DNA of 64,000 nt from Okamejei kenojei. Its lineage: Eukaryota. A model generated the notes under the pieces. The model saw nothing but the letters and a program-made list of their open reading frames with translations. It was not told the DNA's origin and made no database searches. The stretch is taken from positions 9,734,001-9,798,000 of the forward strand of contig CM069147.1 in assembly GCA_035221665.1 (NCBI GenBank), given 5' to 3'. The position numbers and the translations under genes are program-made. Within the stretch, counting starts at the first letter, position 1, and every line of letters starts with the position of its first letter. Below, piece after piece: positions 50,618-63,308 of the stretch.

Positions 50618-52029
50618 TTTATTTTTTTAATATATATTTTTATTAGAGTATGTAGGCAGTGACTTAGCAAACACATGTTATGATAGCAATATTTTGTGTA
50701 CAACAGTCATACATTATTAATATTGTCAAGTGAATCATTTTGACTCTAATAATTTTTTTTTTAAAGAGAGAAAAACAGAAAGAAAAATAAAATAAAAATC
50801 AACATCAAAAAAGAAAATCATAAAGAATGGAATAATTTACTATTAATACATCATAGGAGATAAGATCAAGGAATATAGAATATAACTTTTCATCTAATCC
50901 TGAGTCCAAGTTTCAGTTAGGTTCCCCTGCTGAAACCATTCTACCCTTTTAAGTAATCAATGAAAGAAGACCATGTTCTAACAAAGAGTTCTTGTTTGTC
51001 CATTAGGGCAAATCTGATTCTTTCCAGGTGTAGGGTCTCCAACATTTCCGTAATCCACATTTTAATTGTGGGGGATATAGGGCCTTTCCAAGATTTTAAT
51101 ATTAATTTCGTCCCCATTATTATACTGTAATCTAGGAAATTTCTTTGACTTGTTGTAAGAGTTAAACTTTGTTCTGATGTTCCAAGTATTATTAGTTTTG
51201 AGTCCGGATCCAGTTTAGTATTAATAACTTCAGAAGTTAGTCTAAAAATCTCAATCCAGAAATTCTTAATTTTTATACAATTTGCAAAAGTATGTGTTAA
51301 ATTAGCCTCTGGATGCTGACATTTATCGCAGATAGAGGATATCTGTGGAAAGATTCTATTCAATTTAACTTTGGAGTAATGTAATCTATGTAATACTTTA
51401 AATTGTATAAGAGCGTGTCTGGAGTTTAGCGAGCATTGATGTATATATTGTAAACTTTTGTCCCATATAACTTTCGTTATGGATTGATTTATTTCATTTT
51501 CCCATGTATTCCGTCGATGGTATCTCGCTATCTAAAAGGGTATTATAAATATAAGTTGTTAATTTTTCTGTATTAGGATGCTTATTCAGACATTCATCAA
51601 GGATATCTGGTTCCTTATTCCTATAATCTTGTGTATTTGATTTAACATAATCTCTGAGTTGTAGATTTCGAAAAAAAAGTATTTGAGTGTATTCCATAAA
51701 TCTGTTGCAGTTCCTGAAATGAAAGATAAGTGCCTTTCTTATAAAGGTGTTCCATCTTTTTGATTCCATAGTTTTTCCATTGTATAAAGCCTTTATCCAG
51801 CATGGAAGGTTTGAATAAGGGATTGTTTACAATAGGGAGACACAGTGGTATATTATCCAATTTTAAAGCCTTTTTAAGTTGTTTCCAGATTCGTGTACCA
51901 CTATATATTATAGGGTTTTCCCTATAGGTTTTTTTATGCAATTTTGTCGGTGCAAATATAATCGAACCGATTTCAAAAGGTAGACAATCCTCCTTTTCCA
52001 TCCTTAACCAGTCTGGTTGCTGATCCATT
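50618..52029 (-). mobile_element. 5'-truncated L1-clade LINE with TSD
   Basis: ORF2 C-terminus CDKC...LTHTFANC...FW (cysteine-rich domain), AATAAA and A-rich tail; TSD TCTTCAGTTTA at 50607-50617 and 52030-52040. Confidence 0.9.
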
Positions 52030-52113
52030 TCTTCAGTTTAAACCAGCATCTGCAGTTCCTTCATACACATCAGACCTTTCAATTGAAAGATGAAAGATTA
52101 TCAACCTGAAACA

Positions 52114-52430
52114 GGTGCGGCACAGTGGCGCAGCGGTAGAGTTGCTACCTCCCAGCGCCCGAGACCCGGGTTCGATCCTGACCACGGGCGCTGTCTGTAC
52201 GGAGTTGGTGAGTTCTCCCCGTGGCCTGCGTGGGTTTTCTCCGGGTGCTCCGGTTTCCCCCCACACTCCAAAGACGTCCAGGTTTGTAGGTTAATTGGCT
52301 TCTGTAAATTGTCCCTGGAGTGTGGGATAGAACTAGTGTACGGGATGATTATTGGTCGGCGCGGACTCGGTGGGCCGAAGGGCCTGTTTCCACGCTGTAT
52401 CTCGAAACCAAACTAAACTAAATTAAAATA
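52114..52430 (+). mobile_element. HE1-like V-SINE, full length
   Basis: A box TGGCGCAGCGG, B box GGTTCGATCC, V core, (TAAAC)n. Confidence 0.92.
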
Positions 52431-52861
52431 AACTTTCCCATAATGGCAAAGGCATTGGAAAGTTAATGACATAGAGTTTATTGTCAAAAATGGGTTCAGG
52501 TTTATAAAGTTGACCACTATTTATGCACATGTAGCAAACAGCTTCAGGTAAGGGGCATCATGTGCCAGTAAATGAAAGATTGTGGTGGTTTTAATGGTAA
52601 TCATCAATTAAACTTGTCACAGAGAGCTTTCTGCTGTGTATATCTTCACTAGGAGGATCAATTCAGGCAAGTCCTGTTTTATTTTAATCAAAGTCACCTG
52701 ACTACTCTGCCCCTATAATAGTATTTTATCATGTAGAGAGTTTTTTCCCTTGTCTCAAAGTGGTGCTGCTAAATTAATATACTCCATTTACTGTTCACAT
52801 CAGAGTCCTCGCTGTGTGGACGAGAAATAATGTAATGGTTTAACAACATTTAAAATACATT

Positions 52862-54797
52862 GGGGGGTCCTAGTAAGACTGATAGGATCTTGGCCCACTT
52901 GCAACAGCTTAAGGGCGATATATTTTTTATTCAAGAGGCCCACCTTCGCAACAGAGAGGTAACACGGCTTAAGAGAGGCTGGATTAGCCACTTATTTCAT
53001 TCGAAATTTAATGATAGGGCTAGAGGTGCTGCTATCCTGATTCGTAAAAACGTTATGTTCGAACCACAGGAAACTGTGGAGGACCCTGCTGGCCGCTTTG
53101 TCATGGTTTCTGGCAAACTGCAAGACACACCTGTCATAGTGGCCAGTATTTACGGTCCCAACTGGGATGACAGCTCATTTGTAACCAAATTCTTTACATC
53201 TCTCCCAAACATTGAAAATCACCACGTCATTGTGGGTGGAGATTTTAATCTGGTCCAAGACCTTACACTGGACAGATCTTTGAACAAAGCCTCTACTTTA
53301 ACTAAATCAGGTAGGACTTTGCATGCTTTTGCCAAACTACTTGGGCTCACAGACCCATGGAGACATACATTTCCCACGACTAAATTATTTTCATTTTTTT
53401 CCCACGTGCACCGCACCTATACCCGTATAGACTTCTTCCTCTTAGATAACGGACTGCTCTCCAAAATCAAATCCAGCGAGTATCATAGTATCGTGGTATC
53501 AGATCACGCTGCGACTTCCCTCGATCTCCACTTTCGTAAACGAACTAACCCCTTTAAACAGTGGAGGTTCAACTCCTCATTACTAGCAGAGGCTCACTAC
53601 TAGCTATTCTTGCACTCCCAAATCATTTTATATTTTGAGCTGAATGACTTGCATTCGGACATAGAAAGAGGTATACTCTGGGAAGCTTCAAAAGCCTATA
53701 TTAGGGGCCAACTTATCTCTTTTGTCTCCAACCTGAAAAGAGCCGAGACGTCCCAAATGACAGACCTGTTACGAAAAATAAAGGACATTGATGACAAATA
53801 TGCATCTGACCCAGACCCTAATTTTTATAAAGAACGCCTTGGGTTACAAACAGACTTTGACCTCACGTCTACTAATAAAGCCAAGCTACGACTGCTTAAA
53901 TCTAGGCAACACTTTTTTGAATCTGGGATAAAGTTGGGAAGTTTCTGGCCTATCAGGCCAGAACCGAGGTGACTTCACGGCTAATCCCAGCCATTAGATC
54001 TAGCTTAGGGGAGATCCACACTGATCCTCTTAGAATTAATGAAGCATTTTGCTAAATTCTACGCTGAACTATACGCTTCCGATTGTCCTCCCCACTGCAG
54101 ATGACATGCTCCGTAGTTTGACGTTTCCCCGAATTGACGATGAAGCCAACGAGAGACTTGGGTGGCCCATAACCGTTGCTGAGGTCCAAGCAGCCATCAC
54201 ATCATTGCAAAGCGGCAAGTCGCCAGGCCCTGACAGCTTCACTGTAGAATATTACAAAGCTTTCCCTGCTCTCCTCGCACCTGTCCTGAGAGATATGTAC
54301 AATGAGGCGTTTCTACATCGTCGCCTACCGCCCACCTTGTCGTGGGCTACTATTTCCCTAATTCTTAAAAAGGGGAAAGATCCCCTGCTTTGTAGTAGCC
54401 ACAGACCAATTTCACTCCTGAATGTGGACCTCAAAATCCTCTCTAAAGACCTCGCGGCCCGGATAAATCTGGTCAAGATGGTCGTCCTACCCAAATTCCT
54501 GTATCTTTTCCAGCACGTCCCTATACTTATCACTAAATCTTTTTTTGACAAATTAGGAAGGAGAATATCTAAATTTTTATGGGGTAGCAAACCGGCTAGA
54601 ATTCGAAAGACGATACTACAGTCTCTTAAGAGTGACGGCGGTTTGGCACTTCCTGACTTTAGGCGATACTATTGGGCAGCTAACTTGCAAAAAATCTTGT
54701 ATTGGATGAATGATGATTGCAACCACCTCGTGGGTACACATGGAAAAGGCGAGTTCACGTCTCCCGTTGCGGTCTGTTCTATGCTCCAAGCTCCCCA
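52862..54797 (+). pseudogene. L1 ORF2 remnant: APE endonuclease plus partial RT with an internal deletion
   Basis: IQEAH, IYGPN, GGDFN, RIDFF, SDH (APE); KSPGPDSF, RPISLLNVDLKILSK joined directly to RINLVKMVVLPKFLYLFQ..GGLALPD; stop at 53601 and frameshifts. Confidence 0.92.
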
Positions 54798-55400
54798 GGG
54801 TACTAATTGTGGATGATCAGCCATGATCACATTTAATGGCAGTGGTGGCTTGAAGGACCGAATGGCCTACTCCTGCACCTATTGTCTATTGTCTATTAAT
54901 ATGGGGAGAAGGCAGGGGAATGGGGTTAGGAGGGAGAGATAGATCAGCCATGATTGAATGGCAGAGAAGCCCAGATGGGCCAAATGGCCTAATTCTGCTC
55001 CTATCACTCATGATCTTCTGATGATGATGATCAAGTCTTGGGCTGCACCGCCTGAAGTCTGGTCCACAAATAACATGGTGGTTTTCCAAAGGCTGAGAAA
55101 GTGTTGTCAGAATCGCTGGAAATAGAAATAGTGAAAAAACATTTAAATAATTAATTTTAAATAATTTAAAAATATTAAACATGTTTTTAAATGTTCAAAA
55201 CACATTCAAATTATGTGCGGGGGTTACACAAATTATGTGCATTTGTTTTAAATATTAATATGAATTAAAATAAACTTTAAAAAGACATGTGAGTTTTTTA
55301 TTCCAATTAGTTCCGAAGATAGCCACAGAAAGCTAGAGTAACTCAGCGGATCAGGCAGCATCTCCGGAGCAAAGAATAGGTGATGTTTCAGGTCAAGACC

Positions 55401-57198
55401 CAGGGCCGTCTTAGGGGGTGCGGGGCCCAATTGGGAACAATGTTGGTGAGCCCCAAGTTCCCAGCCAAGGTCTGTCAGCCCAGTTAATTAGTATATATTA
55501 TGAAATTATATACTAAGGTGCTATGGATTATACACCGTCTGAATCTCTCCGGCTCCCGTCTGACTGTCAGTACCTCCGCTGGCTTCCAACCTTTACCGTA
55601 GCAGCTAATTACCATTAAACTGCATTATGTGATTGGACACAATGCCCTTGGAGACAGCGGCTGATTGGACGGGAGGAGACCTATTTGATGATTGGACAGG
55701 AATTTTAAGGCAAGGTGGTTGTTAATTGGACGCAACCCCCTTAGAGAAAGCGATTGATTGGCCGCCAAATAATCAGGCACAAAATAATTGACAAATAGGA
55801 AAACAAAAATTGCTGTTCAGAGCAGACTCAGTGGACTATCTGGCTGTATCTCCAAACTAAACAGTATAACATACAGGTACATTCATTTAAAATAAAATTC
55901 AGTGATTATTGCTTGATTTAAAGCTAGTGTAAAGCTCAGTATCTGACCAATTTCTGTTGAACAAGTTTGGTCTGACGTGAGCATTTTTCTCTCCCAAAAC
56001 AGTTCATATCTTGCAATACGATCAACGAACCAGACAGCACTTGAACGCAGTCATGTGATTAGCAAGCGATTGATAAGACTTGATGGGGCACCCTGAGCTT
56101 TATCGCATTAGTAGTATTAGGGTCAAGTTATTCTCTCATTTGTTCCCATACAGTCTATGGGTATTGTGTTTACACGCCTGTTATGCTGCTGCAAATTAGA
56201 ATTTCATTGCTCTGTTGAGTGTACTCGTGACAATTATACATTGTTGACTTGACTCTTCACTCATGCATTTGTGCAATAGAAAACGGGTGATCATTGCACT
56301 CTGCGCCAAGTTAAAAAGAGTCAGCAGTTAGTCAGGAAGTGACTATTCGCCTCCAAAGAGAAACCCTTTGTTAGGTGGCTTCACTAAATGGTGTGATTCA
56401 ATATTCCTCCAGCAGTTTTTTTTTTGCTCGATCTGTAGCATCTGCAGTCGCTTGCGATTTAGTACTATGTTCATGCTGAAGCACACACAGCATTGAAATG
56501 CGAATACGACAATTAGCAAGAATATTGAACAATACAGTAACATGTAGCTCAGAGGACACTGGGGTTTAATTTTACAAATGCCCATTTTCACGAAGCAAGT
56601 CACTTTTGGCAACTATGCCAGTTTTTAAGAAGACAGACTTTTGCACTGACCACTTGAAAATAAATCAGTGGTTAACTGGCAATGTAAATGTGATGGTGTG
56701 CCTGCCATCAAAGCAGTAGGCACCGTGGGAGGAAGGTAGGGAGTGGGAGATGAATGTGGACGGACAGGGGGTGAAACAAAAAGATGAAGAGCTGGTTTCA
56801 GTCCAACAGCAGTACAAAACTTGAAACAGCTGGTCACAGGGCTAAGAGGCTGAAGTGCTTCAGGCTGCTGTTGGACTGAAACCAGCTCTTTATCTTTTTG
56901 TTTCACAGAATCACTTCAAGCCCGGTCTCTGCATTATAAGTGCAACATGAACCGTGATGGAAATTGGTTTTAGGAACTAGGGGTACGCTGAGGTCCATGA
57001 GGCTGAGGTTGGGAAGGAAGGGGGGGGGGTAGATGCAATAAGCCCCCCATGAGAAATTTTGAGACAAAAAGCTGGAGTAACTCAGCAGGACAGGCAGCAC
57101 AGCGACTCTGGAGAGAAGAGAGGGAGTGAGAGAGCTAAAAAGAGACGAGATGGGGAGCGGGAGAGAGAGAGCCGAGAGAGAGAGCACGAGAGAGAGAG

Positions 57199-57239
<41 letters not shown>

Positions 57240-57801
57240 GGGAGAGAACGAAAGACAGAGAGACACAACGTGGGTCGGTAGGTGAATGACTAAACTGCAC
57301 ATCAAGAATAAGCTCCTTCTCACAGTCCGGAGCCTTCAATCATCATGGTGAGTTTTAAGAAATTCTCAATGTGTCATCAATGCATCGATTAACATTCTTC
57401 AGTAAATGTAATTGTGTTTTGAACAAGTATTATTGACGCCGCGTGAATTTTATTCAAAGGAACGCGGTGTTATTAATACTTGTTCAAAACACAATTACAT
57501 TTACTGAGGAATGTGGATCGATGCATTGATGACACATTGTATAATTACTTATTAACTACTGGCTGTTAACAAGTGCTAACAGTAGTAGTTAACAAATCGT
57601 TTGTGTCTGATGGCCGTGCAGTAGTTGTTATCCATGTTCGTTTTAAAAGAAAATCCGGATGGCGAATGTTTTCAAAAAAATCTTTATTTAACAAAGCGAA
57701 TTCGTATTTCCATACGAAATACGGAACAATAGTGCGGAGCCCCCCTTAGGCGCAGGGCCCAATTGGGAGCAATCGGTCCAATCGGCTTAAGGCCGGCCCT
57801 G
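55401..57801. mobile_element. Non-autonomous hAT (Tip100/MER45-like TIR) element, 2.4 kb
   Basis: TIRs CAGGGCCGTCTTAG / CTTAAGGCCGGCCCTG; 8-bp TSD TCAAGACC (55393-55400) vs TCGAGACC (57802-57809); host Penelope repeat rejoins across it; subterminal CCCAATTGGG and ATTGGAC motifs. Confidence 0.8.
57367..57539. repeat. Internal inverted repeat, ~78-bp arms (copies at 60405-60577 and 63438-63611)
   Basis: CAATGTGTCATCAATGCATCGAT...CCGCGT / ACGCGG...ATCGATGCATTGATGACACATTG. Confidence 0.9.
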
Positions 57802-60168
57802 TCGAGACCCTTCACCAGACAGGTTAATTGATTTGTGTAAATTACCTCCGAGTGTAAAAAGTGGGATACATGGAACTAAACAGATGAACTACATCAAGGT
57901 TGGCACGGACTCGGTGTGCCGAAGCGCATGTTTCCACGCTGTATCTCTAAACTAAACTGAACTAAAACTCCACGATGGTCGGTGTAGATTCGATGGGCCG
58001 AAGGGCCTGTTTCCTTGTTGCATCCCTAAAACTAAAAGCTAAGAACAAACCACATTGTTTTTCATAGTCTCTATTAGAATAAAAATGTACTACAAGTATT
58101 ACTACGTAAAACGAACAAGTATTAAATTCAGTTTACAACTTGACTAAAAAATGTCCTGTACAGACAGCGCCCAGGGTCTTTGTCATTTCTGCTAATGTTC
58201 AGAGCTCACCTGAACAACATTTGACCGTTTCCATTTCACTTGACGAATGTATTAACACGGGGTAGGTAGGTGGCTCCATGGTCACATTTCGGTACTTGTA
58301 TTCAGAAGCCTGATTCATTCATCCAGTGACATAAAATGGAGTTCCAAGTCATTTAAATTCAAGCAGTTAATTACATGTGAAATGAAAAGCTGGTATCAGT
58401 AATGGTGACCATCAAACGACTGATCATATTTAAAACCATCTGGTGCTCTTTAGGGAATAAATATGCCATCTAAACTTGGTTGGGTCCACGTGTATCATCT
58501 GACCCACGGCAAAGGCATTTATTTTTAACTGCCCACTGAATTCGCCTGGTCAGTTCAATTAGTTTTAGTTTAGTTCAGGGATACAGCACGGAAACACGCC
58601 CTTTGCTTCATCTACTCCACGCCCACCATCAATCACCCATTTACACACGTTCTATGTCATCCCACTTTCTCGTCCACTCCCCACAAACCTCGGGGTAATG
58701 TTTACAGAAGCCAACGAGCCTGCAAACCCGCACGTTTTTGGGATGTGGGAGGAAACCGGAGCTCCCGGAGGAAATCCGCGCAGTCACGGGGAAAACCTGC
58801 AAACTCCACATGGATGGCACCCGAGGTCAGGATCGAACCCGGGACTGTGGAACTGTGAGGCAGCAAGAGGTGCCACAGTGCTACCTTCTGACTGGGAATG
58901 GGACCTGACCTGTGGTGCTGAGAGCGCCAAATCCTAACCACAAAGCCACCTGTTCAATTACACGCATGTTATCAAGTGTACATTAGAGGCAGAAGAATCA
59001 ATGGGAAATTGGGGAGTGTTTGAGAGGGGTTCACTTATAGGGAAATGAAAGTGGATAGGTCTCCTCTGCTGGGAGCGATTGAATAAGACTTGATGGGGCA
59101 CCCTGAGCTTTATTGCATTAGTAGTATTAGGGTCAAGTTATTCTCTCATTTGTTCTCATACAGTCTATGGGTATTGTGTTTACACGCCTGTTATGCTGCT
59201 GCAAATTAGAATTTCATTGCTCTGTTGAGTGTACTCGTGACAATTATACATTGTTGACTTGACTCTTCACTCATGCATTTGTGCAATAGAAAACGGGTGA
59301 TCATTGCACTCTGCGCCAAGTTAAAAAGAGTCAGCAGTTAGTCAGGAAGTGACTATTCGCCTCCAAAGAGAAACCCTTTGTTAGGTGGCTTCACTAAATG
59401 GTGTGATTCAATATTCCTCCAGCAGTTTTTTTTTTGCTCGATCTGTAGCATCTGCAGTCGCTTGCGATTTAGTACTATGTTCATGCTGAAGCACACACAG
59501 CATTGAAATGCGAATACGACAATTAGCAAGAATATTGAACAATACAGTAACATGTAGCTCAGAGGACACTGGGGTTTAATTTTACAAATGCCCATTTTCA
59601 CGAAGCAAGTCACTTTTGGCAACTATGCCAGTTTTTAAGAAGACAGACTTTTGCACTGACCACTTGAAAATAAATCAGTGGTTAACTGGCAATGTAAATG
59701 TGATGGTGTGCCTGCCATCAAAGCAGTAGGCACCGTGGGAGGAAGGTAGGGAGTGGGAGATGAATGTGGACGGACAGGGGGTGAAACAAAAAGATGAAGA
59801 GCTGGTTTCAGTCCAACAGCAGTACAAAACTTGAAACAGCTGGTCACAGGGCTAAGAGGCTGAAGTGCTTCAGGCTGCTGTTGGACTGAAACCAGCTCTT
59901 TATCTTTTTGTTTCACAGAATCACTTCAAGCCCGGTCTCTGCATTATAAGTGCAACATGAACCGTGATGGAAATTGGTTTTAGGAACTAGGGGTACGCTG
60001 AGGTCCATGAGGCTGAGGTTGGGAAGGAAGGGGGGGGGGGGGGGGGTAGATGTTATAAGCCCCCCATGAGAAATTTTGAGACAAAAAGCTGGAGTAACTC
60101 AGCAGGACAGGCAGCACAGCGACTCTGGAGAGAAGAGAGGGAGTGAGAGAGCTAAAAAGAGACGAGAT

Positions 60169-60300
60169 NNNNNNNNNNNNNNNNNNNNNNNNNNNNNNNN
60201 NNNNNNNNNNNNNNNNNNNNNNNNNNNNNNNNNNNNNNNNNNNNNNNNNNNNNNNNNNNNNNNNNNNNNNNNNNNNNNNNNNNNNNNNNNNNNNNNNNNN
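60169..60300. other. Assembly gap over the (GA)n tract of unit 2
   Basis: N run at the position of the (GA)n seen in units 1 and 3. Confidence 1.
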
Positions 60301-63258
60301 ACACAACGTGGGTCGGTAGGTGAATGACTAAACTGCACATCAAGAATAAGCCCCTTCTCACAGTCCGGAGCCTTCAATCATCATGGTGAGTTTTAAGAAA
60401 TTCTCAATGTGTCATCAATGCATCGATTAACATTCTTCAGTAAATGTAATTGTGTTTTGAACAAGTATTATTGACGCCGCGTGAATTTTATTCAAAGGAA
60501 CGCGGTGTTATTAATACTTGTTCAAAACACAATTACATTTACTGAGGAATGTGGATCGATGCATTGATGACACATTGTATAATTACTTATTAACTACTGG
60601 CTGTTAACAAGTGCTAACAGTAGTAGTTAACAAATCGTTTGTGTCTGATGGCCGTGCAGTAGTTGTTATCCATGTTCGTTTTAAAAGAAAATCCGGATGG
60701 CGAATGTTTTCAAAAAAATCTTTATTTAACAAAGCGAATTCGTATTTCCATACGAAATACGGAACAATAGTGCGGAGCCCCCCTTAGGCGCAGGGCCCAA
60801 TTGGGAGCAATCGGTCCAATCGGCTTAAGGCCGGCCCTGTCGAGACCCTTCACCAGACAGGTTAATTGATTTGTGTAAATTACCTCCGAGTGTAAAAAGT
60901 GGGATACATGGAACTAAACAGATGAACTACATCAAGGTTGGCACGGACTCGGTGTGCCGAAGCGCATGTTTCCACGCTGTATCTCTAAACTAAACTGAAC
61001 TAAAACTCCACGATGGTCGGTGTAGATTCGATGGGCCGAAGGGCCTGTTTCCATGTTGCATCCCTAAAACTAAAAGCTAAGAACAAACCACATTGTTTTT
61101 CATAGTCTCTATTAGAATAAAAATGTACTACAAGTATTACTACGTAAAACGAACAAGTATTAAATTCAGTTTACAACTTGACTAAAAAATGTCCTGTACA
61201 GCGCCCAGGGTCTTTTGTCATTTCTGCTAATGTTCAGAGCTCACCTGAACAACATTTGACCGTTTCCATTTCACTTGACGAATGTATTAACACGGGTAGG
61301 TAGGTGGCTCCATGGTCACATTTCGGTACTTGTATTCAGAAGCCTGATTCATTCATCCAGTGACATAAAATGGAGTTCCAAGTCATTTAAATTCAAGCAG
61401 TTAATTACATGTGAAATGAAAAGCTGGTATCAGTAATGGTGACCATCAAACGACTGGGATCATATTTAAAACCCATCTGGTGCTCTTTAGGGAATAAATA
61501 TGCCATCTATACTTGGTTGGGTCCACGTGTATCATCTGACCCACGGCAAAGGCATTTATTTTTAACTGCCCACTGAATTCGCCTGGTCAGTTCAATTAGT
61601 TTTAGTTTAGTTCAGGGATACAGCACGGAAACACGCCCTTTGCTTCATCTACTCCACGCCCACCATCAATCACCCATTTACACACGTTCTATGTCATCCC
61701 ACTTTCTCGTCCACTCCCCACAAACCTCGGGGTAATGTTTACAGAAGCCAACGAGCCTGCAAACCCACACGTTTTTGGGATGTGGGAGGAAACCGGAGCT
61801 CCCGGAGGAAATCCGCGCAGTCACAGGGAAAACCTGCAAACTCCACATGGATGGCACCCGAGGTCAGGATCGAACCCGGGACTGTGGAACTGTGAGGCAG
61901 CAAGAGGTGCCACAGTGCTACCTTCTGACTGGGAATGGGACCTGGCCTGTGGTGCTGAGAGCGCCAAATCCTAACCACAAAGTCACCTGTTTACACGCAT
62001 GTTATCAAGTGTACGTTAGAGGCAGAATAATCAATGGGAAATTGGGGAGCGTGTGAGAGGGGTTCACTTATAGGAAATGAAAGTGGATAGGTCTCCTCTG
62101 CTGGGAGCGATTGATAAGACTTGATGGGGCACCCTGAGCTTTATTGCATTAGTAGTATTAGGGTCAAGTTATTCTCTCATTTGTTCTCATACAGTCTATG
62201 GGTATTGTGTTTACACGCCTGTTATGCTGCTGCTGCAAATTATAATTTCATTGCTCTGTTGAGTGTACTCGTGACAATTATACATTGTTGACTTGACTCT
62301 TCACTCATGCATTTGTGCAATAGAAAACGGGGTGATCATTGCACTCTGCGCCAAGTTAAAAAGAGTCAGCAGTTAGTCAGGAAGTGACTATTCGCCTCCA
62401 AAGAGAAACCCTTTGTTAGGTGGCTTCACTAAATGGTGTGATTCAATATTCCTCCAGCAGTTTTTTTTTTTGCTCGATCTGTAGCATCTGCAGTCGCTTG
62501 CGATTTAGTACTATGTTCATGCTGAAGCACACACAGCATTGAAATGCGAATACGACAATTAGCAAGAATATTGAACAATACAGTAACATGTAGCTCAGAG
62601 GACACTGGGGTTTAATTTTACAAATGCCCATTTTCACGAAGCAAGTCACTTTTGGCAACTATGCCAGTTTTAAGAAGACAGGACTTTTGCACTGACCATT
62701 GAAAATAAATCAGTGGTTAACTGGCAATGTAAATGTGATGGTGTGCCTGCCATCAAAGCAGTAGGCACCGTGGGAGGAAGGTAGGGAGTGGGAGATGAAT
62801 GTGGACGGACAGGGGGTGAAACAAAAAGATGAAGAGCTGGTTTCAGTCCAACAGCAGTACAAAACTTGAAACAGCTGGTCACAGGGCTAAGAGGCTGAAG
62901 TGCTTCAGGCTGCTGTTGGACTGAAACCAGCTCTTTATCTTTTTGTTTCACAGAATCACTTCAAGCCCGGTCTCTGCATTATAAGTGCAACATGAACCGT
63001 GATGGAAATTGGTTGTAGGAACTAGGGGTACGCTGAGGTCCATGAGGCTGAGGTTGGGAAGGAAGGGGGGGGGGGGGGGGTTGATGTTATAAGCCCCCCC
63101 ATGAGAAATTTTGAGACAAAAAGCTGGAGTAACTCAGCAGGACAGGCAGCACAGCGACTCTGGAGAGAAGAGAGGGAGTGAGAGAGCTAAAAAGAGACGA
63201 GATGGGGAGCGGGAGAGAGAGAGCACGAGAGAGAGAGAGCACGAGAGAGAGAGAGCAC

Positions 63259-63308
<50 letters not shown>

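Noticed and set aside
52114-52190. tRNA-like A and B boxes
   Set aside because: These are SINE heads continuing into the V core and CR1-like tail; no independent tRNA gene is supported
56065-59073. Possible snRNA, 5S or tRNA gene as the reason for the 3-kb array
   Set aside because: I found no U1, U2, 5S or tRNA signature by eye; an Infernal/Rfam scan would be needed to exclude other ncRNAs
56343-62951. ORFs of 89 and 93 aa repeated three times
   Set aside because: Repetition follows from the tandem array; no recognisable domain, overlap with repeat fragments, altered by indels in unit 3
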